In this document: positions 54,263 to 64,000 of the stretch, in pieces
How the letters are laid out: the number at the start of each line of letters is the position of its first letter
How positions within the stretch are numbered: position 1 is the stretch's first letter
Assembly (NCBI GenBank): GCA_050873845.1
Contig: JBNMGC010000003.1
Coordinates: forward strand, 607 to 64,606
Reading direction: 5' to 3'
From: Alloprevotella sp.
Lineage (GTDB): Bacteria; Bacteroidota; Bacteroidia; Bacteroidales; Bacteroidaceae
Length of the DNA stretch: 64,000 nt
Translations under genes and position numbers: made by a program
Notes under the pieces: model-generated
What the model was told of the DNA's origin: nothing
Seen by the model: only the letters and a program-made list of their open reading frames with translations
Databases searched by the model: none

Positions 54263-54447
54263 GAACTATCAGAACGGGACAGAAAAGCCTTCGTTTAGCC
54301 TTGATAATAACTACTATCGAAAATAGGATTCCTATGCTCTTTTGAGGTTTAGCGGACAGCAATATTATCAAAAGAATGGGCTGAATTCCCCCTAAGAGGA
54401 ATCCAGCCCTAATCTTTATCTCGATCTGAGACTTTTTGTGAAAGTGC

Positions 54448-54969
54448 TTAATCCTTTACGTAAACGCTCTCAATCTCTACGATATACATCGTGTGGAGAG
54501 AGCCTCCCGGCTTGTCGTTGTACCAACGAGTGAGTGCCTCCTTGTCGAGGAATTGCTCGGGCTTGAACTCACTGCGGAACATCTTGCGGCCCTCAATGGT
54601 AATGCGAGCCTCTGCAAAGCCCACGGCGCCGTGCTCTGTCATGATGGGAGTGAGTCCTGTCTCACGCGTCTTGTCGTAATCGCGGCCAGACTTAGAGCCG
54701 CAAAAGTTATAAATCTCACGCATCTTTTCATCGTTGCCCAAGAATGTGAGCGTCAGGTGCTCGTTTTCCTCAATCAAGGGGTAGGTGAAACGCTCCGGAC
54801 GTACGAAGATGAAAGCTACGGGCTTGTTCCAAAGCCAGCCAATGCCGCCCCAAGAGGCAGTCATCATGTTGTGCTTGTCTAATGTGCCTGCAGTGATGAG
54901 CATCCACTCCTTGCCAATAAGATGGAAAGCATCCTCGCGAGCAAGGGTCTCGATAGAAGTCTTTTTCAT
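54448..54969 (-). CDS. Flavin reductase-like FMN-binding protein
   Basis: WMLITAG, NMMTASWGG, FVRPERFT and CGSKSGRDYDK motifs. Confidence 0.9.
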   Translation of the reverse strand: MKKTSIETLAREDAFHLIGKEWMLITAGTLDKHNMMTASWGGIGWLWNKPVAFIFVRPERFTYPLIEENEHLTLTFLGNDEKMREIYNFCGSKSGRDYDKTRETGLTPIMTEHGAVGFAEARITIEGRKMFRSEFKPEQFLDKEALTRWYNDKPGGSLHTMYIVEIESVYVKD

Positions 54970-55222
54970 AAAGTGTATATATTTTAATGTGATTCGAATG
55001 TGAACTTATTGGGAGCGAATTTACAAAATAATTGTGAAGTACGTATACGGCAGAACTATTGAACATATGTTGTACAACATACTTTGCACTCTTTAAGATT
55101 TGGTTTGGGATGCGTATGGCAAAAAAGCCTACATTTGTGAGCATCGTTTCACCCACGGGGCGATAATAGAGTAATCTCGAGTCAGAGAATCTATGCCAAT
55201 CCCCCTCAAAAACGCTACTGCA

Positions 55223-55708
55223 ATGAAAAAGATACTCCTCAGCTTAGCCCTTGTGCTCTGCGCACTGAGTGCGCAGGCTCAAAAGACACGTCACGCTCTT
55301 GGTTTCCACGCAGGTGGCTCTACCATCGACCTCGAATATCAATACCACTTCAGTAAGCGCAACTTTCTCGATGTGACTGCGGGACTCTTCAACCTCAGCG
55401 ATGGATTCGCTTTCCAAGCCGTATACAATTGGAACATTAAGCAGTGGCCCAACTGGACGCCGCGCTTCGCTACCTGGAAATTCTGGGGCGGATTTGGTGG
55501 AGGCGTGGGCCATTACGAATGCGATGGCTATGATGGCGCATTTATAGGCCCCGTAGGTACACTCGGATTCGGATTTACCATCAAGGATGTGCCCCTCACC
55601 ATGGGACTCGACTATCGCCCTATGGTGGCCTTCAACTTGGGCCACGGCGATGCCATCATCGACCGAGGCTTCCGCAATATCGGCTTTACGCTTACTTATC
55701 GCTTCTAA
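55223..55708 (+). CDS. Small outer-membrane beta-barrel protein
   Basis: Signal peptide MKKILL...AQA; amphipathic strands; C-terminal GFTLTYRF. Confidence 0.8.
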   Translation: MKKILLSLALVLCALSAQAQKTRHALGFHAGGSTIDLEYQYHFSKRNFLDVTAGLFNLSDGFAFQAVYNWNIKQWPNWTPRFATWKFWGGFGGGVGHYECDGYDGAFIGPVGTLGFGFTIKDVPLTMGLDYRPMVAFNLGHGDAIIDRGFRNIGFTLTYRF

Positions 55709-55955
55709 ATCAAGTCAAAACATTGCACTGAGGAATAAACTTTGTGCAATGTGACGCAAAAAATAGTCATATAGTAAAAAAACATAGCAATATACTTACT
55801 GACTACAAACAAAAATAGTATATTTGCTAAACATTTGTAGCCGAGTGCCAAGTGTACTCGGCTATTTGTAAAGGTAGCTCCCGCTTTTATTGTGACAGAG
55901 GGAGGCCTATGAATATATTGAAAAACCATACACAACAACACTTAACAACAGCATA

Positions 55956-58238
55956 ATGGTAAAAATCACAAAGGAGGCAGCCCTTCACTATCATGAGATG
56001 GGTAAGCCCGGAAAGATTGAAATCGTTCCCACCAAGCCCTACCGCACACAGACCGACCTCTCTCTGGCCTATTCGCCTGGTGTGGCAGAACCCTGTCTGG
56101 AAATCCAAAAAAATCCGCACGATGCCTATCGTTATACCAACAAGGGCAACCTCGTGGCAGTCATCTCTAATGGTACAGCCGTGCTTGGCCTTGGCGATAT
56201 CGGTGCGATGAGCGGTAAGCCCGTGATGGAGGGTAAGAGTCTCCTCTTCAAGATATATGCTGGTGTAGATGCCTTCGATATCGAAGTCAACGAGAAAGAT
56301 CCCGATAAGTTTATCGCAGCCGTTAAGGCCATAGCTCCCACCTTTGGTGGTATCAACCTCGAGGATATCAAGGCTCCTGAATGCTTCGAGATAGAGAAGC
56401 GACTGAAGGAAGAACTCGACATCCCCGTGATGCACGACGACCAGCACGGTACGGCCATCATCTCGGCAGCTGGACTGATCAATGCGCTCATGGTGGCTGG
56501 CAAGAAGATAGAGGACGTTAAGATTGTAGTCAACGGTGCTGGCGCAGCAGCCATCTCATGTACGCGCCTCTACTGCGCCTTTGGTGCACGCAAGGAAAAC
56601 GTCGTTATGCTCGACTCAAAGGGCGTAATCACCGCCGATCGCGACAATCTCAATGAGCAAAAGCGCGAATTCGCTACCACACGTACCGACGTACACACTC
56701 TGGCTGAGGCCGTGAATGGTGCCGACGTATTCGTAGGACTCTCTAAGGGCAATGTGCTCACGCAGGACATGGTACGCTCTATGGCCAACAGCCCGATTAT
56801 CTTCGCTTTGGCCAACCCCGTGCCCGAAATCTCTTACGAGGATGCCACGGCAGCACGCCCCGACGTGCTGATGAGTACAGGCCGTACAGATTATCCCAAC
56901 CAGATCAACAACGTAATCGGTTTCCCCTACATCTTCCGCGGTGCGCTCGATACAGCCGCTACTGCCATCAATGAGGATATGAAGATGGCTGCAGCTCGCG
57001 CCATTGCCGACCTGGCTCGCCGTCCGGTGCCCGACATCGTGAATCGTGCCTACCACGTGCGCAACTTTACTTTCGGTCCCGACTACTTCATCCCCAAACC
57101 CGTCGATCCCCGTCTGATCACCGAGGTAAGTATGGCTGTGGCCAAGGCTGCCATGGAAAGCGGTGTGGCTCGTAAGCCCATCACCGATTGGAAAGCCTAT
57201 CGTCAGCACCTGCGCGAACTCATGGGGCAGGAGACCAAGTTTACGCAAAACCTCTACGATACCGCTCGCCTCAATCCGAAGCGCGTAGTATTTGCCGAGG
57301 GCACACACCCCACCATGCTCGAAGCTGCTGTGCGTGCTAAGGAGGAGGGCATCTGCTTCCCCATCTTGCTCGGCAACGACGTGCAGATACGCAAGATTGC
57401 AGAGGATTTGAAGCTCAACCTCGAGGGCATCGAGATACTCAACCTTCGCAACGACACTCAGAACGAGCGTCGCCACCGCTATGCACAGATCTTCGCCAAG
57501 AAGATGGAGCGTCATGGCTACACTCCTCAAGAGGCTGAAGACAAGATGTATGAGCGCAACTACTTCGGCATGATGATGGTAGAGACGGGCGAAGCCGATG
57601 CATTCATCACAGGCCTTTATACGAAGTACTCCAACACCTTCAAGGTGGCACGCGAGGTAATCGGTGTGCGTGAAGGCTACAATCACTTCGGCACCATGCA
57701 CCTCATCAACACCAAGAAGGGCATACTCTTCGTGGCCGATACGTTGGTCAACCGTCATCCTAATGAAGAGGTACTCTATGACATAGCACGCCTTTCAGCC
57801 GACACCGTGCGTTTCTTCAATCGTACTCCGTCTATGGCCATGCTCTCTTACTCCAACTTTGGCACCGACAACGATGGTAGCGCAGCCGTAGTACAGAATG
57901 TGGTGAAGCGCCTGCACGACAATTGTCCCGATCTCATGGTCGACGGCGAAATGCAGCTCAACTTCGCTATGGACAAGGAACTGCGCGACGAGAAGTACCC
58001 CTTCAATAAGCTCAAGGGCCAGGATGTCAATACCCTCATCTTCCCCAACCTCTCTTCAGCCAACTCTTCTTACAAGATGGTCAAGGCGCTCGTCGACGAT
58101 GGCGAGGTGGTAGGTCCCATCCAGATGGGTCTGAACAAGCCTATCCACTTCACCGACTTCGAAAGTTCGGTCAACGATATCGTCAACGTGACAGCAGTAG
58201 CTGTGATCGACGCTATCGTGATGGAGAAGAAGAAGTAA
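55956..58238 (+). CDS. maeB: NADP-dependent malic enzyme with PTA-like C-terminal domain
   Basis: [47 protein letters not shown], then DGEMQ and LIFPNL. Confidence 0.96.
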   Translation: MVKITKEAALHYHEMGKPGKIEIVPTKPYRTQTDLSLAYSPGVAEPCLEIQKNPHDAYRYTNKGNLVAVISNGTAVLGLGDIGAMSGKPVMEGKSLLFKIYAGVDAFDIEVNEKDPDKFIAAVKAIAPTFGGINLEDIKAPECFEIEKRLKEELDIPVMHDDQHGTAIISAAGLINALMVAGKKIEDVKIVVNGAGAAAISCTRLYCAFGARKENVVMLDSKGVITADRDNLNEQKREFATTRTDVHTLAEAVNGADVFVGLSKGNVLTQDMVRSMANSPIIFALANPVPEISYEDATAARPDVLMSTGRTDYPNQINNVIGFPYIFRGALDTAATAINEDMKMAAARAIADLARRPVPDIVNRAYHVRNFTFGPDYFIPKPVDPRLITEVSMAVAKAAMESGVARKPITDWKAYRQHLRELMGQETKFTQNLYDTARLNPKRVVFAEGTHPTMLEAAVRAKEEGICFPILLGNDVQIRKIAEDLKLNLEGIEILNLRNDTQNERRHRYAQIFAKKMERHGYTPQEAEDKMYERNYFGMMMVETGEADAFITGLYTKYSNTFKVAREVIGVREGYNHFGTMHLINTKKGILFVADTLVNRHPNEEVLYDIARLSADTVRFFNRTPSMAMLSYSNFGTDNDGSAAVVQNVVKRLHDNCPDLMVDGEMQLNFAMDKELRDEKYPFNKLKGQDVNTLIFPNLSSANSSYKMVKALVDDGEVVGPIQMGLNKPIHFTDFESSVNDIVNVTAVAVIDAIVMEKKK

Positions 58239-58299
58239 GACGAGCTAACGCGTGGGGGGAGGGACCATCTCGCTCTCCTCAAAAGTAAACAACTATTGA

Positions 58300-58359
58300 A
58301 AAACCTCTTTCTTTCATCCCATCGTCTGCGGTGGAGTGGGGGAAAGAGGTGTTTCTTTC
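58300..58359 (+). terminator. Probable terminator after maeB
   Basis: ACCTCTTTCTTTCAT ... GTGGGGGAAAGAGGT followed by GTTTCTTT. Confidence 0.55.
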
Positions 58360-58365
58360 CATGAA

Positions 58366-59337
58366 ATGAAAAGCATGATGTTATCAAGACTCCTATCCGC
58401 AATCTTCCTATCCGTGCTCTCTCTGGCATGGGGGCAGACGCTACGTGCGCAGACCATCGTAGAACTGAAGCGTGGAGGCAGCGTGCGTTCCAAGACGGTG
58501 GACGATTATAAGGACGACCTCAAGATAAACGAGCGCTTGCAAGCCGACTCCGTGAAGTATGTGGACAACTTGCGCCGAGCCTTCAATGCCCTGCATGCCG
58601 ACTCGCTCAGCGAAGCCGAACGCCTATTTCACGAAGCGCTCAAGCTCCGTCCGACAGCACCTGGCAACCATGTGATTAAGTACAACCTCGGCCTTGTAGA
58701 CATGGCTCGGGGCAACAACGTCGAGGCTGTCAAGCGACTCACGGAGATCGTTCGTGATTATCCCAATTACTTCGATGCCCGCTTGGCACGTGCTGAAGCC
58801 AATCTGCAGTTGGGCCATTCGGCTGAGGCCATCGACGACGCGCAACAGGTGCTCGACAAGCCCGACCTTGAGGGTATGAACGCGCAGTTGCTCGAGAAGG
58901 CACGCTTCATCCGTGCCGCTGCTCGCTATCAGCTCCGCCTCTTCACCGATGCCCATGCCGACCTGCAGACCATCCTTCGCGAGAATCCGCAAAATGAGAA
59001 TGCGCAACTCCTCGATGCCCTCACGCTGCAGAAGATGGGCCAACCCAAAGAGGCGCTCAATAGGCTCAACCTCATCGTATCAGTCCATCCGCAGAGCATC
59101 GATGCACTCTCTACGCGAGCCATGGTAGAGTCTGAACTCGATATGCCTGCCATGGCACGTGCCGACTACGACTCGCTCATTCAGCTCTGCCCCACTGAGA
59201 GCGGCTACTACATAGAGCGCGCCAAAATGCTCATCCGACTGGGCGAGAAAAACGCTGCCAAAGCCGACCTCAACCAGGCTCTCAAGCTCGGTGTGCCTCG
59301 AGGCATGCTTCATCCTCTCTTTCAGCAAGTAAAGTAG
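58366..59337 (+). CDS. Exported tetratricopeptide-repeat protein
   Basis: Signal-like N-terminus; repeated TPR helices (ALKLRP, YNLG, ARLARA, YIERAK); start uncertain (58366, 58375 or 58378). Confidence 0.85.
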   Translation: MKSMMLSRLLSAIFLSVLSLAWGQTLRAQTIVELKRGGSVRSKTVDDYKDDLKINERLQADSVKYVDNLRRAFNALHADSLSEAERLFHEALKLRPTAPGNHVIKYNLGLVDMARGNNVEAVKRLTEIVRDYPNYFDARLARAEANLQLGHSAEAIDDAQQVLDKPDLEGMNAQLLEKARFIRAAARYQLRLFTDAHADLQTILRENPQNENAQLLDALTLQKMGQPKEALNRLNLIVSVHPQSIDALSTRAMVESELDMPAMARADYDSLIQLCPTESGYYIERAKMLIRLGEKNAAKADLNQALKLGVPRGMLHPLFQQVK

Positions 59338-59386
59338 ATTTCTGAGGTTATAATACAGCGGTGTAATATTCCCCTCAGCCTTTACC

Positions 59387-59664
59387 ATGGGCGACGCGTC
59401 CCCGCGTCGGCATCGCCACTCCTTCAATAGAAAGCTACAACCAAGCGGTAAGTTCAAAGGAAGTGGGGGCGAAGCGTCTCGCTTCGGCCAGACACGCGAG
59501 GCTCGATGCCGAGCGCGTCTGAGAATCAATCTCTATCCCCACTCGCCATTTCGGGACATCGAGCCCCTCAATGCCCGCCGAAGCGAGACGCTTCGCCCCC
59601 ACTTCCTATAGGTTCACTACTTTATAGGTTATTGTCCGCCGACGCGAGGACGCGTCGCCCCCAG
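59387..59664. repeat. Nested REP foldback A-B-B'-A'
   Basis: A arm 59387, B arm 59463, B' arm 59577, A' arm 59638. Confidence 0.9.
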
Positions 59665-59754
59665 TATAGGCAGAATCGTGCCCCCCCCAGTATAGGCTGA
59701 ACAGAGCTCATGATGAGCAGAATCAGATCATTCAATAATACAGATATCAATCGT

Positions 59755-61203
59755 ATGCGTAGCATCTTTATATTGCTATCCTTCTTCGCCGTTTCCATCT
59801 TTTCGGGAAATGCCCAGCAGCATTCCCCCATTTCGCCTAACATTCGCTACGAAGTGCGTGCCGCCTGGCTCACCACGTTGATGGGCCTCGACTGGCCCAA
59901 CCGCCCCGCCACCACAGAAGCACAAGCCGAGGCGCAGCGCCAGCAACTCTGCATCATGCTCGACAAACTTCAGGCTGCGGGCATCAACACCGTGCTCTTC
60001 CAGTCGCGCATACGCTCTACCACAGCCTATGCCTCTGCCATAGAGCCTTGGGACGGCATCTTTACAGGCACCCCCGGCCGCCGTCCACTCTACGACCCCT
60101 TGCGCTTCGCCACTGAAGAGTGTCATCGGCGCGGCATGGAAATCCATGCCTGGGTGGTAGCATTCCCCATCTGCAAGGTAGCAGTAGCCAAGCAGCTTGG
60201 CAAACGTGCTCTCCCGCAGCAGCATCCCGAACTCTGTCAGCGCTGTGGCGATCAGTGGATGATGGATCCTGGCGTGCCTCAGACGGCCGACTACTTGGCA
60301 CGCATCTGTCAAGAAATCGTTGAGGCTTACGATGTAGACGGCATCCATCTGGACTATATCCGTTATCCCGAATCCGCCATCCCCTTCAACGACGATGCCA
60401 CTTATCGACGCTATGCCCACGGTGGCCAGTCGCGCAGCCAGTGGCGCACAGCCAACATCGATCGCTGCGTACGCGCCATCCATGATGCTGTGAAGGGTGT
60501 GCGCCCGTGGGTGAAACTCAGTTGTTCGCCCGTCGGTAAATATGCCGACCTCCCGCGCTACTCTTCTTATGGATGGAATGCTCGCGATGCCGTATCGCAG
60601 GATGCACAGCGCTGGCTCCGAGAGGGGTGGATGGATATGCTCTTCCCCATGATGTACTTCGATGGAAAGCATTTCTACCCTTTCCTCGCCGACTGGAAAG
60701 AGCATGATGCGGGACGCCCCATCGTGCCCGGCCTCGGCATCTATTTCCTCAATCCTCGCGAAAAGGATTGGTCGCTTACCACCATCCGCCGGCAGATGAA
60801 CGTGGCGCGTGCCGAGGGCTTAGGCGGACAAGCTTTCTTCCGCACCAAGTTCCTCCTTGCCAACGAGAAGGGGCTTTACGATTGGCTCTGTAACTCCTTC
60901 TATGCCCAGCAAGCCCTCATTCCGCCCATGACTTGGGCCGACAGCATCCCGCCTACTCATCCCGTAATGACGCAGCGCATCGATGGCCTTCGTCTTCGCC
61001 TCCAATGGACCCCATCTACTGACAATAGCCGACAGCCCGTCACCTACAACGTCTACCGCATCGACTCCCTCATGGGCGATCGTCTCCTCGCCACCCACCT
61101 CCGTCAGCCCCTCTACGAGTGCACCCTTGCTCTGCCCGCCCTGCGCCACAGCCGCTACGTAGTAACCGCCGTCGACGTCTATGGCAATGAGAGTCGACCT
61201 TAG
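59755..61203 (+). CDS. Second GHL10 (DUF187/YddW-like) glycoside hydrolase
   Basis: EVRAAWLTT..LDWP, YDPL, EIHAW, DGIHLDYIRYP and PMMY motifs; Fn3-like tail ending YVVTAVD. Confidence 0.88.
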   Translation: MRSIFILLSFFAVSIFSGNAQQHSPISPNIRYEVRAAWLTTLMGLDWPNRPATTEAQAEAQRQQLCIMLDKLQAAGINTVLFQSRIRSTTAYASAIEPWDGIFTGTPGRRPLYDPLRFATEECHRRGMEIHAWVVAFPICKVAVAKQLGKRALPQQHPELCQRCGDQWMMDPGVPQTADYLARICQEIVEAYDVDGIHLDYIRYPESAIPFNDDATYRRYAHGGQSRSQWRTANIDRCVRAIHDAVKGVRPWVKLSCSPVGKYADLPRYSSYGWNARDAVSQDAQRWLREGWMDMLFPMMYFDGKHFYPFLADWKEHDAGRPIVPGLGIYFLNPREKDWSLTTIRRQMNVARAEGLGGQAFFRTKFLLANEKGLYDWLCNSFYAQQALIPPMTWADSIPPTHPVMTQRIDGLRLRLQWTPSTDNSRQPVTYNVYRIDSLMGDRLLATHLRQPLYECTLALPALRHSRYVVTAVDVYGNESRP

Positions 61204-61324
61204 CCCACGACGTATCACATCGTCATAAATGGACTTTTGTAGAGAGGTCGATGCTTGTGTCGATGAGCACCGACCTCGACTTCTCCTTTGTATGTGCAAA
61301 GTTAGCCGACACGATATTTGCCAC

Positions 61325-61865
61325 CAAAAAGAGTGTACAGTTTGTACACTTTTTCTTCAACCTCACGCGCGCGCATTACAGCGAGTTTTGCATAGCTTAT
61401 CCCCGTTTCTTGCACTTGATATGAATTACTCTGTTGATTATCAGAGAGAAATGTAGTGTAAGAGATATCTGTTTGCCGTCACTCCTCTGCCACATATCCT
61501 TGCACTTGATTTTTCCCTCTCTTGAGAGATTTTTTTCCTATGGAAGCGTTTGATTTTCCCCATGGACAAGGAAAAACGCTTCCATGGGAAAATAGGGTCA
61601 CGTCTGTAGGGCATGCTTGGCGTAGGGAAACGTTAAGATAAACTGCAGTTCGGCACTTGAATCGAGCTTATTGCGCTCGACTTGCATTACCCTTGCCAAA
61701 GATAAGCCAAGTGCAGGCAAAAGTGCAAGCAAAGTGTAGGCAAAGAGGGGGTGCCTACACTTTGTAATCCACTGAATATAAGCGTATTACGTACGAATAG
61801 TGACGGCAATGATGCATTCCTGTGGTAAAACAAGCTGATGCGCGCGTGCGCATATACGCGTGAAG
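61325..61865. repeat. Large foldback element (copy 4) containing a degenerate 74-bp-family unit
   Basis: AAAAAGAGTGTACAGTTTGTACACTTTTT; ATGG at 61540, 61562, 61584; GTGCAGGCAAAAGTGCAAGCAAAGTGTAGGCAAA; CGCG-rich right end. Confidence 0.72.
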
Positions 61866-62042
61866 AAGTCTTTTTTCATAGGCTCCAATATTTATTTTTC
61901 CTAACAGCGCAGAACACACTGCGTAGCAGAATCTTCATTTTGCATGAAGAATGCTCTTTGCGAATTTTCCTCCATCTGTACGCTTTTCTGACAAGTTGTG
62001 AACTTTTTGTCTAATGTCTGTGTACGATTGGATAATATTCGT

Positions 62043-62050
62043 TATATTTG
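62043..62050 (+). promoter_or_regulatory. Promoter -7 box
   Basis: TATATTTG 46 bp upstream of the ATG at 62097. Confidence 0.6.
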
Positions 62051-62096
62051 CAAGCAAAATAACCCTTTCGTTTTACCCCTTTTAATCATTCTAGAG

Positions 62097-64000
62097 ATGT
62101 TTACCTACAGAAATCACATGATGGGTGTCGCCTTAATGGCACTCACGGCATTGGTAATGCTAAGTGCATGTTCGGAAGACGTGGCACTGAAGCAAGCGAA
62201 GCAAGGTTGGACCGATGGCTCGAATGTCGATCCTAACACCACTTGGATTACCTCAACTCCCGTACGACTCAATATCATGAGCGACACTCCTGGATCTATC
62301 ACGGCACAGAGCATCATGAAGCAGCAGGCCACTATCTTCGGCGATATGAACATCAATGATAATGGCGTGATGTACGTTGATGTGCCGCAGGGCGATGCAA
62401 GCAGTTTCGGCCTCGTATTCAAGGATTCACAGGGCCGCCGTCAGTACAAGCGCATCGATCTCACGGGCGATCCGCACCAAGTGGTGAATGTACACTTTAA
62501 GAAGACCGATGATGAGGCGGCTTCGATGAAGAAGGCGCCAATAAAGAAGGCATTAGAAAGCAATAGCCATTTTTCAGACGTTACAACTACAGGTTGGATG
62601 TATTTCCCTGAGTGGACGTGGAATGATATAACCACAGTGTTACCTCTTAATGGGGATGTCAATACTAGTACTCGCGTACTCTGTGATGTAGACTTTGTAG
62701 CAACAGGTGAGGTGACTTCTGAAGGTACTTCGCAAGACAAACAGACTATTTATGTCACGCCTGTGTATGTGGGCACTAAAATAAACACCAACATTTGTTT
62801 TGGGTACTATCTTTATAAAAATACTCATAGCGACTTGAAGCATGTGCGTCTTATTGAGATTACCAATAATTATGCAAGAAGCTACACATTGCAATATGAG
62901 AGCAAAACGAACGAAGGATCATGGACAGAGCCAAGACAATATATTGACAAAATCAGTGATATATCGTCCATTAGAGGTGAAACTTTCAAAATAGAAATTC
63001 CCAAGGGGTATAAATATGGTTTCTTTGCGTTCCGTAATATAAATATGACTATGAAAGGAACGAAGGATATTATGGATCGTCTTGAAGTTCCCATGGGGTT
63101 TCCGAGTCGAATGGGAAACCCAACTTATTATGCAAATGCTACATGGAATTCGGGAAGAAACAATAGCACAATGCCACGTGTTGGGTTTGCTATATATGAT
63201 GGGATGACTCTCTTAGGGTTTGATACATATTTCACATATAGATATAATTCAACAGGTTCTTATTATTATGGAGAGTATGAAAATTCTTGGCCAGAGTGCA
63301 ATAGCTTTGTTGTAGCCCTCACCGACGTCAACGGTAATCAACTTAAGCCTAAGCTCTCCGATCGTGCACGCAACTCAAGTTACAATGCAGCCACGTTTGC
63401 AGGTGAATATGGCGATGCCTACAAATACACGGTGAACGACCCGACAGAAGCAGAATCTTCCACCACTGAAGACACTTACGAGAAGCGCCAACACTGGACA
63501 CTCGCCTTTGAAAATGCTGGGCTTGACGATGACTACGACATGAACGACGTGGTGCTAGAAGTCACCCCGATGGGCAATGAAAAAGCTGCCGTCTACCTCA
63601 TGGCAGCTGGTGCTATGCGCAAAACGGAGGTGTACTACGATGGCAAATTATTAGGCGAAGTTCACGACCTCTTTGGTGTGCCCGAGGGCGTGATGGTCAA
63701 CACCACGAAAGTAACCCTCGATCCCGTGCTTCTGAGCGAAGCCCTCGATTGGCCCATGGCCTCTATGGAGGCAAACCTTAATAAGTTCAGCCTAAAGGTC
63801 TACGACAAGGATGGCAGCGTGACCCAGTTCAACCGCCAGGATATGCTCACCAACGTGAAGAATAGCCAGTCTCCTCAGGTGCTCTGTGTGGCAGGCCGAT
63901 GGGCATGGCCTAAGGAACGCGTAAAAGTGTCGGAAGCCTACCCCATGCTGAGCGATTGGGCTATCAATTTCAACAATGCCGACTATTTCAATTGGCACAG
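62097..64000 (+). CDS. Lipoprotein with a C-terminal DUF4842/LruC-like domain (runs off the window; not in ORF track)
   Basis: Manual translation open to base 64000: lipobox VMLSAC-SED; WTLAFEN..DDDYDMNDVV, LMAAGA, EVHDLFG, VNT and WAWPKERVKVSEAYP motifs. Confidence 0.85.
   Translation, partial: MFTYRNHMMGVALMALTALVMLSACSEDVALKQAKQGWTDGSNVDPNTTWITSTPVRLNIMSDTPGSITAQSIMKQQATIFGDMNINDNGVMYVDVPQGDASSFGLVFKDSQGRRQYKRIDLTGDPHQVVNVHFKKTDDEAASMKKAPIKKALESNSHFSDVTTTGWMYFPEWTWNDITTVLPLNGDVNTSTRVLCDVDFVATGEVTSEGTSQDKQTIYVTPVYVGTKINTNICFGYYLYKNTHSDLKHVRLIEITNNYARSYTLQYESKTNEGSWTEPRQYIDKISDISSIRGETFKIEIPKGYKYGFFAFRNINMTMKGTKDIMDRLEVPMGFPSRMGNPTYYANATWNSGRNNSTMPRVGFAIYDGMTLLGFDTYFTYRYNSTGSYYYGEYENSWPECNSFVVALTDVNGNQLKPKLSDRARNSSYNAATFAGEYGDAYKYTVNDPTEAESSTTEDTYEKRQHWTLAFENAGLDDDYDMNDVVLEVTPMGNEKAAVYLMAAGAMRKTEVYYDGKLLGEVHDLFGVPEGVMVNTTKVTLDPVLLSEALDWPMASMEANLNKFSLKVYDKDGSVTQFNRQDMLTNVKNSQSPQVLCVAGRWAWPKERVKVSEAYPMLSDWAINFNNADYFNWH

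Noticed and set aside
55838-55864. Hairpin TAGCCGAGTGC...GTACTCGGCTA in the maeB leader as a riboswitch
   Set aside because: A lone stem-loop with no recognisable aptamer motif; could simply be a 5' stabilising hairpin.
59755-61203. Two GHL10 genes as a recent duplication
   Set aside because: The proteins are highly diverged and about 27 kb apart; multiple paralogs are unremarkable in Bacteroidales.

Overview
Chromosomal window from a Bacteroidales bacterium, most likely Prevotellaceae: TAnnTTTG promoter boxes, type IX secretion (T9SS) C-terminal signals and the secY-map-infA-rpmJ gene order all point there. It opens with the distal spc/alpha ribosomal operon (rplR to rplQ). The rest is mostly housekeeping and metabolic genes (recJ, recQ, ilvA, thrA, alaS, rplU/rpmA, radA, maeB), glycan enzymes, a LytS/LytTR pair and several secreted or surface proteins. 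I saw no rRNA, tRNA, CRISPR array, transposase or reverse transcriptase. Main observations: (1) a secreted protein at 10056-11111 whose 3' end has the sequence signature of a diversity-generating retroelement (DGR) variable region, followed by an 8-bp/4-nt hairpin, with no template or reverse transcriptase in the window; (2) intergenic DNA filled with at least five non-coding repeat families, including nested REP/REPIN foldbacks, an IS982-like MITE, a 74-bp promoter-carrying unit, and foldback elements whose unrelated cores share a 22-bp period; (3) a 95-aa protein with motifs of the eukaryotic Janus/Ocnus (PHPT1) phosphohistidine phosphatase family; (4) an orphan peptide resembling a lasso-peptide precursor. 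All family assignments are by motif recognition, not database search.
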